Positions 23,527-31,901 of a stretch of 64,000 bases of DNA are shown here, in pieces. The translations under genes and the position numbers were made by a program. Location: the NCBI GenBank assembly GCA_016928575.1, contig JAFGKK010000002.1, forward strand, positions 65,519 through 129,518. Reading direction: 5' to 3'. This DNA comes from Anaerolineales bacterium. GTDB lineage: Bacteria > Chloroflexota > Anaerolineae > Anaerolineales > RBG-16-64-43. Every line of letters starts with the position of its first letter. Position 1 is the stretch's first letter. The notes beneath the pieces are model-generated. The model did no database searches and had not been told where the DNA came from. It saw only the letters and a program-made list of their open reading frames with translations.

Positions 23527-24201
23527 TTATGGGGCGACATATCTCGTCTCGACCCATGGAGTTCCCTCCGCGGTTTCCCTAGTATCCAACACGGTAATGA
23601 ACCCGCACATATCCTCCACATATTCTTCTTTTTGGGCCCAGGCCACTTGTCTGGCTTCAAATTTTCCCCAATCGAGTTCTCCTTTTGGTAATCCTAAATC
23701 AGCTTCAATGCTTATTGGCCCGGCGGAGAATATCTGATTAAAATCGTAGTCAATATGTAGATTCGCCCCTCCTTTGCTTGGGCCATCGGTCCAAGGACCA
23801 TAATATAAATAAGGCTCTCCGACTCTCCTCCAATAATATTTTGTTGGGCTGGATAAATCTGCAGAGTCAGCTTTACAGGCTTCACTACATGTCGTGCTAC
23901 AATCCTCAAAGATATTTACTGTTTGCCCATCAACATCTTCAAAGGCTTTTAAAATTCTAATTAATAGATCCGAATCGTCCTTAAAGCCCGAAGATAAATT
24001 ATTACATTGCTTGTAAATTTCCTCGGCATCGTTTCGGGCGGCTTTTTGTAACTTCCCATCGAATTCCGGCATGGCGCTCGCAACCATTATCAACGAGTTT
24101 TTGGTTTTTTCACCGGAACCGCCGATGGTTTTTGAATGGTTTTCATAGCCGCCGGCATATGATCTGAGGAGTTCAGTGTTGACTTTTATCCAGTCGGTCA
24201 T
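23527..24201 (-). CDS. WXG100/LXG-like N-terminal domain protein with unknown C-terminal domain (putative secreted toxin)
   Basis: The start is moved to ATG 24201 with AGGAGGGGG upstream. N-terminus MTDWIKVNTELLRSYAGGYENH..AMPEFDGKLQKAARNDAEEIY..ILKAFEDVDGQ has the helix-turn-helix layout and an (E)FxGK turn like LXG/WXG100 proteins. The C-terminal ~110 aa are unrecognised. Confidence 0.4.
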   Translation of the reverse strand: MTDWIKVNTELLRSYAGGYENHSKTIGGSGEKTKNSLIMVASAMPEFDGKLQKAARNDAEEIYKQCNNLSSGFKDDSDLLIRILKAFEDVDGQTVNIFEDCSTTCSEACKADSADLSSPTKYYWRRVGEPYLYYGPWTDGPSKGGANLHIDYDFNQIFSAGPISIEADLGLPKGELDWGKFEARQVAWAQKEEYVEDMCGFITVLDTRETAEGTPWVETRYVAP

Positions 24202-24297
24202 TTTCCCCCTCCTTGAAGGAGGGGATAAGTAAAATATTGACAGTAATATTATCATGATTTATAATAATCGGCAATATTATCTTCGGAGGGGGAAGCC

Positions 24298-24595
24298 ATG
24301 ACCAATAACAAGGCGCCCGTCTACCGGCAAGTCACCTTTCATCCCCATGAGGCGGATCGGATCGCGGAAGATATTACCCGGTTAATTCAAACGTTAACCA
24401 CCGAACATAGCCAATTGGATACCGCCAGTATTAACGTCTGCTATGACTGGCTTGGGCATCAGAAGGATGTCTTTTTCGAGGAAACCCGGCCAAAAGTGAA
24501 AAAAAATGGCCACTTTTATTGAATATCTGCGACAGCGTGAGACATTTTACAGGAATGTTTTAGTTACAAAATGGGAAGAAGTAACACAGCCGTAA
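24298..24595 (+). pseudogene. WXG100 (ESAT-6-like) family protein, reading frame broken at an A8 tract
   Basis: The 74-aa ORF has a central W-x-G (CYDWLGHQKDVFFEE). It stops 5 codons after the A8 run at 24499-24506. Removing one A extends it as ..KVKKMATFIEYLRQRETFYRNVLVTKWEEVTQP* to about 98 aa, the canonical WXG100 size. Confidence 0.5.
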
Positions 24596-24982
24596 ACCAA
24601 TATTATTGAATCCTCCCGCTGAATACCGCGCAGCTTGCTGCGCGGTAGTTCCTTTTTTGAAAAAGCCATTCCGCCTCGATGTGTTTTCCAATGAGGCCGG
24701 AGTAGGGGCTTCCCAGACTATCTCCCTAAGGATCTTGACTCTGGGGGATAAACGCGGAAGTCGAATTCTCATGGCGCGATGGAGGATTTCCGGATCCCGT
24801 GGTGCGCGCACAGGTGACCGGGGAAAACCCGCCGACTCGGCGGCAGACATTCCCTTTCAGAGGAATGGGCAAAACCGATAAGCGGGGAAGGGCCGCAGCG
24901 TTTGCTGGATGCGGCCGGTGCAGATTGTCTCAAAAGTGTAATAACTCCGCGAAAGGCAATCCATTCCAGTATAATTTTCCAC

Positions 24983-25687
24983 ATGGCGGATATTTTGCTG
25001 GTGGAAGATGCGATCGAGTTGGCCGATAGGGTGGCGCGGGAGCTATCGGCGGAGGGCTACCGGGTTCTCCGCGCGGCCGACGGTGTGGCGGCATTGCAGC
25101 TATTCGGTGCCTCGAAGCCGGACCTGGTCATCTTGGATTGGATGCTGCCCGGCCTCGACGGATTGGAAGTGCTGCGGCGGATCCGGCAGGATCCGGATTG
25201 CGCCGTGCCGGTGCTGATGCTGACGGCGCGCAGCGAGGAGACCGACCGCGTGGTCGGGTTGGAGCTCGGCGCCGACGACTACCTCACCAAGCCTTTCGGA
25301 ATGCGCGAGCTGATTGCACGGGTGCGAGCGCTGTTGCGGCGCGTCCAACGGATCCAGTCCCTGATCCACGCCGACCGGATCGACGACGAGACCGAAATCC
25401 AATACGGCCCCTTCCATCTGATTCCGGCCGGGTTCCATGCGGACTGCGGCGGCGAAACCCTCGCCCTGACCCGCACGGAATTCAAATTGCTGCACCTCAT
25501 GCTGCGCAATCCCGGACGGGTGTTCAGCCGCGAGTATCTGATCGATTCGGTGTGGGGCGAACAACATGTGCCGGGCGACCGCTCCGTGGATAATACCGTT
25601 TCCCGCCTGCGGAAGAAAATCGGCGGCCCGGCCGATGCGATCGAATCGGTTTGGGGCGTCGGATACCGGTTGAGACCGCTGGAATGA
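24983..25687 (+). CDS. OmpR/PhoB-family response regulator
   Basis: Receiver motifs ILLVEDA, DLVILDWMLPGLDG and LMLTAR. Winged-helix output LTRTEFKLLHLML..VDNTVSRLRKKI..GVGYRL. The start is moved to ATG 24983. Confidence 0.9.
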   Translation: MADILLVEDAIELADRVARELSAEGYRVLRAADGVAALQLFGASKPDLVILDWMLPGLDGLEVLRRIRQDPDCAVPVLMLTARSEETDRVVGLELGADDYLTKPFGMRELIARVRALLRRVQRIQSLIHADRIDDETEIQYGPFHLIPAGFHADCGGETLALTRTEFKLLHLMLRNPGRVFSREYLIDSVWGEQHVPGDRSVDNTVSRLRKKIGGPADAIESVWGVGYRLRPLE

Positions 25688-27264
25688 ACCGCCTCTTCCC
25701 CGTCCGGTTTTTTGGAGCGGCGCGCTCCTGGCAGGCTATGCTGGAGGTTGTCGCCTGCAGCTTGGCGTATATTCTCATCGTGGTTCTCCTGACGCCTTAT
25801 CTTTCCGGCGAGACCCTGGCGGTGGCCCTGCTCTTATTAAACCCATTGTGTGCGATATGGTGCGCCTTGCGGATCCGGTTTATCGGGGGGAGAAGAATGA
25901 TTAAGGCTCTGCGTGAAATTGCGCTTCCTGTCCTCGTCCAGTTGGCCGTTATCCTGGGCGTCGTTTTACCGGTATCTTTCGCGGGAGGCGCCGCCCTGGA
26001 CATTTGGCGACGCATTCAAGAAGGCGCCCCGATCACGTCCTTCTATTTTTCACTGCTTTTTGTCGGACCGAGTTATTTCATTCTCCGGCTGGGCGTGTGG
26101 TTTCTCCGTTTGTGGAGCCGATATCAACGCCGGTATATGGTTCTTTCGCTGACCAACGCCATTCTCAGTACGGCCCTGATCGGGGGGGCGATTTTTATGT
26201 TCTTCATCGCAATCCTTGGGGTTTTTACCAACTCTTCCAGCGCGAATCTGGGAAACGAATCGGGGTTGGGAATTTGGATATTCGCCAATTTGCAGCTGCT
26301 CGTATCGTTGTTCATGGGTTCCTTTGTTTCGGTTTTCTGCCTGATCGCCGGATTGCTCCCGTTCGCGGCGGTGTTTTCCTTCTGGGTCGCGCGCCGTACG
26401 ACCAAGCGGCTGACCGAGTTAGCCGGCGCCGCGGATTTAATGCGGCAGGGGCGTCTCGACGCGCGCGTGACGGTTTCGGGCGAAGATGAGGTGGCCCGCT
26501 TGCAGGCCGGTTTCAATTCGATGGCATCGGATTTGGAACGGACACTCAGGGATTTGAAAACCGAACGCGACCGCGTGAGTGGCTTGCTGAAATCGCGCAA
26601 GGAACTGATCGTCGATATCTCCCACGACCTGCGCACTCCGGTGGCGACCCTGCGCGCAATGCTGGAATCGGAACAGAAATCCGGATCGCCGTCCGCCGCC
26701 TCGGCGCAGACTCTGGCGACCATGGACCGTGAAATCATACGTCTTCAGGGCCTGATCGATGAATTGTTTGCGGTCTCCCAGGCGGAAGTTGACAGGTTGA
26801 CGATCGATCCGCAACCGATACAGATCGGCGAAGTGGTCCGGCAGCGCGTGGAAGCGGCTGCCCCCCTCGCTTGGCAGACCGGCCGCGTATCGGTCGGCGC
26901 GGATATCCTCCCGGATCTTCCCCCGGCCGTAGCGGACCGCGCACGGCTCGAGCAGGTTCTTTCCAACCTGTTGCAGAATGCCATCCGGCACACGCCGCCC
27001 GGCGGACTGGTGGTCGCCGGTGTGTCCCCGGAACCCGATTTCCTGCGCATTGAAGTCAAGGATACGGGCGGGGGGATAGAACCGGAAGAGCTTCCGCACA
27101 TTTGGGACCGGTATTACCGGGGCAGGCACGAGGCCGAAGATAACGGCGCCGGAATCGGTCTGGCACTCGTTAAAGAATACACAGAAGCGATGGGCGGTAC
27201 CGTCGCGGTTAAAAGCGAACCGGGCAGGGGCAGCGTCTTCACGCTGTTCCTGCCGCGAGCGTAA
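25684..27264 (+). CDS. Sensor histidine kinase (multi-TM, HAMP, HisKA, HATPase_c)
   Basis: ATGA overlap with the regulator stop. H-box ISHDLRTPVATL. N-box LLQNAIRHTP. G-boxes KDTGGGI and GAGIGLALV. About 6 N-terminal TM helices. Confidence 0.9.
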   Translation: MNRLFPVRFFGAARSWQAMLEVVACSLAYILIVVLLTPYLSGETLAVALLLLNPLCAIWCALRIRFIGGRRMIKALREIALPVLVQLAVILGVVLPVSFAGGAALDIWRRIQEGAPITSFYFSLLFVGPSYFILRLGVWFLRLWSRYQRRYMVLSLTNAILSTALIGGAIFMFFIAILGVFTNSSSANLGNESGLGIWIFANLQLLVSLFMGSFVSVFCLIAGLLPFAAVFSFWVARRTTKRLTELAGAADLMRQGRLDARVTVSGEDEVARLQAGFNSMASDLERTLRDLKTERDRVSGLLKSRKELIVDISHDLRTPVATLRAMLESEQKSGSPSAASAQTLATMDREIIRLQGLIDELFAVSQAEVDRLTIDPQPIQIGEVVRQRVEAAAPLAWQTGRVSVGADILPDLPPAVADRARLEQVLSNLLQNAIRHTPPGGLVVAGVSPEPDFLRIEVKDTGGGIEPEELPHIWDRYYRGRHEAEDNGAGIGLALVKEYTEAMGGTVAVKSEPGRGSVFTLFLPRA

Positions 27265-27397
27265 TTCCCCGTCCGGGCGGCTCCCCTTCTTCATCGATTT
27301 CGTGCGTTTGCTCGCGGCATTCCCGCCGAGGGATGTTTGCGCGTTTCCGGGCGTAAAAGCCTGCGGATCCGCACGGACGGCTCTTTCCGCAGGAACC

Positions 27398-27419
27398 TCT
27401 GCGACAATTCTGCGAAACA
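27398..27419 (+). promoter_or_regulatory. Direct repeat TCTGCGAMA x2 at 11-nt spacing (candidate OmpR-family binding site)
   Basis: tctgcgacaat tctgcgaaaca, ~105 nt upstream of the first small membrane-protein gene and downstream of the TCS. Purely a pattern-based call. Confidence 0.25.
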
Positions 27420-27525
27420 AAAAGGAAGAAATCCATACATTCGGCTGCTAGAGTGGTGTTCAGGATGGGGGAAGGCAGGCGCTGTTTGCCTGATCAGGAA
27501 ATGAAGTGCCGGATAGGAGGCGATC

Positions 27526-27891
27526 ATGAATGATGGCTGGTTGGTGGCGTACATTATCTTCTTTATGCCGATCGGCTCGGCGATGTTTCTATACGCCGGG
27601 TTGTTGCAGCTGCTTCGGCATCGGGAGAAGATGCTGTACGTATCGAAGGATCTCATCCCCGCGGACGCCGCTTCCGTGACCAAGGGATCGGATCCGTTGC
27701 GGTGGGCGGTGGTGCTGTTGTTTGCCGGGCTGGGAATCGCGCTGGGAATCTGGCCGGCGGGAATGACCAATCCGCTGTATCCGCTTGGATTGACGCCGTG
27801 GATGCTGCTGGGCGCGCTGCCGGTTTGCATCGCACTTGGTCTGCTGACGGTTCATGCGATGAACCGTCGGGACCGGCGGGGCGGGGGATAG
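27526..27891 (+). CDS. Small membrane protein, paralogue 1
   Basis: 121 aa with AGGAGG upstream. One N-terminal TM, a polar linker and two C-terminal TM helices. The C-terminal block NPLYPLGLTPWMLLGALPVCIALGLLTVHAMNRR is shared with paralogue 2. Confidence 0.55.
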   Translation: MNDGWLVAYIIFFMPIGSAMFLYAGLLQLLRHREKMLYVSKDLIPADAASVTKGSDPLRWAVVLLFAGLGIALGIWPAGMTNPLYPLGLTPWMLLGALPVCIALGLLTVHAMNRRDRRGGG

Positions 27892-27975
27892 GCGCACACG
27901 GGAGCCGCGGACGATACGCGGCGGATGTCAATCACCGGATTGCTGTGCAATCCATCAAAATACCAGGAGGTGAAA

Positions 27976-28344
27976 ATGTTTGGCGAACAATTTGCGGCGG
28001 TGGGATTCTGTCTCTCGCCCTTCGTGGTGCTGGGTTTCATCGTGGCGGTGATCTTCCGCATTCTCCGACACAAGGAGATCATCCAGTCCGTGAACAAGGG
28101 CATTGCCTTGGCGGAGGAAAAATCCGGTGATCACGACTCGCCCGCGTTGAGCTGGGGGATCGTGATCGCGTCTGTGGGGCTGGCGCTAATACTGGGTTTA
28201 TTGCCCTTGGGCATGATTAATTGGGAGTACCCGCTGGGGCTGGGCCCCTGGATGCTCTTGGGGTATATCCCGTTCCTGCTCGGGTTGGGGCTGGTGATCG
28301 TGCATGCGGTCAGCCGTCCGCGCAAATCCACGATGAAGGATTGA
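27976..28344 (+). CDS. Small membrane protein, paralogue 2
   Basis: The start is moved to ATG 27976 with AGGAGG 5 nt upstream. It has the same architecture as paralogue 1. Shared block: WEYPLGLGPWMLLGYIPFLLGLGLVIVHAVSRPRK. Confidence 0.55.
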   Translation: MFGEQFAAVGFCLSPFVVLGFIVAVIFRILRHKEIIQSVNKGIALAEEKSGDHDSPALSWGIVIASVGLALILGLLPLGMINWEYPLGLGPWMLLGYIPFLLGLGLVIVHAVSRPRKSTMKD

Positions 28345-28487
28345 AGCCGCAAGGAAGCAACCATAAACCGCAACAGGAAGATGGACCGTTGGTTTACGGT
28401 CCATCTTCCTGTTTTTTACTAACCGTTGTATTTGCTCAGCCTGATGCAAGTATTGAAAAAATCGCCCCCCAAAAAACGCCCAATTAT

Positions 28488-29503
28488 TCATCCCCTCATC
28501 CCATCCTCCCATTCCTGTCCGGAGCACCTTTCCCGATCGGGGCGAGGGAAGGCGGCGTGAGGATGGACGAGGGGGAGGCTGAGCAGATACAATTGATCCA
28601 GACATTCACTCTTCAAACCGCCCATTGACCGCTTGGAACATGCATTTGCTTTTGGGGCGCGAAAAGGCGTCTTCCGCACCAGGATTCCGGTATGAAAAGC
28701 AATACCGGTGAACCGGTTTCCGGACTTGCTGTCACGATAGCGAAGAAGATATTTCGGCTTTTCTCCCCAGGCAGTGGCCTCCCGCAATTGCTGCGTTGTC
28801 CATTCGTCGATGGGGGAATCGATGACGGCGACATGGATAATTCGGCGCCTTATAAGTTTCATAATGACAAAGATGTAGAGGGGCCGAAACAACCAGTCGT
28901 ATACGGTCGTGAAATCGCGCGCCCAAATATCACCGGCATGATTCCGGATGAAAGTGCCCCAATTGTGGTTCGAATATGGGATCTTCCGCATTCTATGGAT
29001 GTATTTCTGAATGGTTCGTTTACTCAATGTGATGCCCAATTTGAGGAGCCCACCCCGGATCCGCTCGGCGCCCCAAAGACGATTTTCCCAAACCATTTGT
29101 CGAAGAACGCCGATGGTTTCTGGAGATATTCTCGGTTTCTTCCGCCAATTCCTGGATATATGCCGCCGGAAAAGACGAAAGAGATTGCGATGCCGGCGGA
29201 GGAGCGTATCCGGTTGAATAATGTAAAGAGCCTGGTCCCAGGACTTGGTGCAGCGAGCCAGAAGAACAAGGCGATCCGGTCCTTATGGGTCAGCCGCGGC
29301 CGTTTCACTAATCGGTGGAGAACGATTACTTGGTGACGCAGTGTGGCATTTTCCACCAGCAAGTCGGCTTTGCTTCGGGATACATCCGCAAGGGCACCCA
29401 AGGCGAGTGAGACGGTTGTGGTTTCATCCAACCCTTGATTTGATGGTGAATCCATTGCAAAATTGAAACCCGGAACGGGCAGGGCGCAAGGTTCATTTCG
29501 CAC
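28488..29503 (-). mobile_element. Decayed IS transposase (HTH + rve/integrase-core type), multiply frameshifted
   Basis: Two overlapping frames carry pieces of one protein. The N-terminal part reads ..LLVENATLRHQVIVLHRLVKRPRLTHKDR. The C-terminal part reads ENRLWGAERIRGGLLKLGITLSKRTIQKYI..DFTTVYDWLFRPLYIFVIMKLIRRRIIHVAV... The intervening region matches in neither frame. I found no terminal inverted repeats. Confidence 0.7.
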
Positions 29504-29702
29504 CCAGGTGGGGGGGGATGGAGATCAAAACGAATAATCATACAGGAAGGGGGAAATCCCCCATTTTCGGGTGATACTGGGCAGGATGAGTGAAGTGGCC
29601 GGCACAATTGAAAAAAGCGACTTGAATTGACAGCGTGTTGCAACGCCGGCAATTCATTCGACACGATGGACCGACGGTTGTTTATGGGCGGCTTTTTCCT
29701 TC

Positions 29703-31901
29703 CTACATCAGAAGCCTGATTAATTCCAGGGCGCCGGAGGCGGCGAAGTTGATCGAGAAGTCTTTGCCCAATTCGGCGAGGATTTTCCAATATTTATTCT
29801 TGAACTTCGGCAGGACTCCTTTGATCTCCTTTAAATTTTCCAAACCACCTGCAGAAAGCCATTCATCCGCTTTTTGTTGATCTTCTTCATCGCCCGGCTC
29901 GGCAATAACCTCCTGCTGGATCCATCGCGCCAACGATGCAGAGAAAAGGACATACCGCCCATCGCGTTCCTCCACCATGCCGCGCTTGCCGAGCGCATCC
30001 AGGTCGTGGAGCGCTCGCGGCCGGAATCCGGAAATCACTTCCCGAGTGGGAATCGTCTTCTGGGAGGGCTTTTGCAATCCCAGGATTAATACCGTCAGAA
30101 GGGTGATTTTTTCACTTTCCGAACAATGTGACCACAGGTAGGAATAATGCGAATCGGCCTGTTGGTCGAAGTTCCGGGAGACAAATTGAATCAACCCTTC
30201 CCCGGAGAGGCCTTGTGTTTTTCCTTCCACCAGGAAATAGCCGGCCATCTGAATGAGAAATGGATAACCGCCTGCAAGATTCCATAGGAAATCGCGTTCG
30301 GCGGCTGCAAGCGCACAATCACTCTGCTTCGAATAGCCGTCGAAAAGCAATTCCACATCGGAACGCGGGAAGGGATACAGGACGACGTTGGAGAAGATGT
30401 TGAAAAACGGGGAGCCTTTGATCTCGTTGGAGTGGCACAGATCGACCAGCTCCCGCCGCGTGGCCGGGATCAGCGCCAAGCCGTGATGGATGGCCAGCGC
30501 CCGCAACCCGCCGAAGAAATCGGCGGTGAAGTTGCTGTTTTGGGTGACGTACTCAAATTCGTCCATCAGCAGAACGGTGGTCAGGTTGCGGTTTTGAGCC
30601 GATTCGAAGAGGTCTTCCAGGTCGAATAAGTCGAACGCGGCTTGTTTGCTGAGTGCCTGCAGGGCCGGCTTCATGCTTTCATCCGCGACGGTTCGCGAGA
30701 TTTTTTCCAGGATGCGCTGCCAGAAGCGCTGGGGGGTAATATCGGTCAGACCCTGGAAATCCACGTAGACAACGCAAAATTTGTCCGGGGTTAACCCAAG
30801 GCCGGCGGCCACTTGGGGATTGGAAAGGTGAGTCAGCAGCGAGGTCTTCCCGATCCGGCGCTCGCCGACGATGGAGGTGCTTTCGTGGGCGCTGGAAAGC
30901 AGACGGTTGACAATCTGGCGGAGTTCCGCCTTCCGCCCGTAAAAGCGCTCCGGTTCGCGGATGGGATTCCCGAACGTAAAGGGGTTTGGCTTCATTCGTT
31001 CTCCAGGATGGACAATGTTTTTTTTCGTTGAGACGCCGGCGGCCATGGAGGCCGTGTGGACGGCGGCCGCTTTTAATGCCTCTCCGAGATCGGAGGCTTT
31101 GTCAAAACGGGATGCGGGATCCTTGGCCAGGGCCCGCTGCAGGATTTCCCCGACGGCGGGGGAAAGGTCCGGCCGGATCGCCGCCAGGGAGGGGACCGGC
31201 TCATGGAGATGCATCATCAAGACCTGCGCCGGCGAATCGGCAGCGAACGGCGGCTGGCCGCATAAAGCCTCAAAGAGAACGATTCCCAGGGAATAGATAT
31301 CGGACCGGGGGCCGATCGCGGCGCCGCCCTCGATCTGCTCCGGACTCATGTAAGTGGGAGTCCCGATGAGCTGGGAGCCAGTGAGCGGGTTCCCGGCTTG
31401 GGAGATCCGGGCGATACCGAAATCGGATAAGTACACCTCGTGGAACTCGTCGAAGAGGATGTTGCCCGGCTTGACGTCGCGGTGGATGATATCGCGGGAA
31501 TGAGCGGCGTCGAGCGCAAGGCCGACCCGTCCGATGATGCGGGTTGCTTCCGGAAGTGAAAACGGGGCACCGATGCGGCTCAGGAGGGAGCCGCCGGCGA
31601 GGTAGCGCATCACCAGGTAGGGTTGCCCCTGTTCCTCGCCGAAATCGTAAACCGGGACGATAGCGGAGTGTTCGAGGGAGGAGAGTATCTTGGTTTCGCG
31701 CAGAAAGCGCTGCTTGAAAACCGGATCCATCAGGAGGATGGGAGGAAGGATCTTTATGGCGACGTCACGGTCGAACTTGGGCTCGCGGGCATGGTAGACG
31801 ATCGCCATGCCGCCGCGTCCGATGACGCCGTGGATCGGATAGCGGCCGATGGATTTGCTTTTGCCCGGAGGGACAATCGGGGTTTCGGAAGAGTTATCCA
31901 T
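29703..31901 (-). CDS. Hanks-type Ser/Thr protein kinase fused to a STAND/ATPase_2-like P-loop NTPase
   Basis: Kinase motifs GRGGMAIV, VAIK, HRDVKPGN, DFG and TPTYMSPE. These are followed by NPFTFGNPIREPERFYGRKAEL, Walker A GERRIGKTS, Walker B VLLMDEFE, a winged-helix-like region and a helical C-terminal tail. Confidence 0.85.
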   Translation of the reverse strand: MDNSSETPIVPPGKSKSIGRYPIHGVIGRGGMAIVYHAREPKFDRDVAIKILPPILLMDPVFKQRFLRETKILSSLEHSAIVPVYDFGEEQGQPYLVMRYLAGGSLLSRIGAPFSLPEATRIIGRVGLALDAAHSRDIIHRDVKPGNILFDEFHEVYLSDFGIARISQAGNPLTGSQLIGTPTYMSPEQIEGGAAIGPRSDIYSLGIVLFEALCGQPPFAADSPAQVLMMHLHEPVPSLAAIRPDLSPAVGEILQRALAKDPASRFDKASDLGEALKAAAVHTASMAAGVSTKKNIVHPGERMKPNPFTFGNPIREPERFYGRKAELRQIVNRLLSSAHESTSIVGERRIGKTSLLTHLSNPQVAAGLGLTPDKFCVVYVDFQGLTDITPQRFWQRILEKISRTVADESMKPALQALSKQAAFDLFDLEDLFESAQNRNLTTVLLMDEFEYVTQNSNFTADFFGGLRALAIHHGLALIPATRRELVDLCHSNEIKGSPFFNIFSNVVLYPFPRSDVELLFDGYSKQSDCALAAAERDFLWNLAGGYPFLIQMAGYFLVEGKTQGLSGEGLIQFVSRNFDQQADSHYSYLWSHCSESEKITLLTVLILGLQKPSQKTIPTREVISGFRPRALHDLDALGKRGMVEERDGRYVLFSASLARWIQQEVIAEPGDEEDQQKADEWLSAGGLENLKEIKGVLPKFKNKYWKILAELGKDFSINFAASGALELIRLLM

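Noticed and set aside
24970-24975. TATAAT 8 nt upstream of the OmpR-regulator ATG (leaderless mRNA), and a TATAAT at 19433-19438 (minus strand) upstream of tRNA-Ser
   Set aside because: Neither has a credible -35 element at 16-18 nt, and a single hexamer is insufficient. Left uncalled.
28692-29336. 214-aa plus-strand ORF, and the reading of 28488-29096 / 29024-29503 as two intact genes
   Set aside because: The plus ORF is antisense to transposase-like sequence. The two minus ORFs are pieces of one frameshifted transposase, not separate genes.
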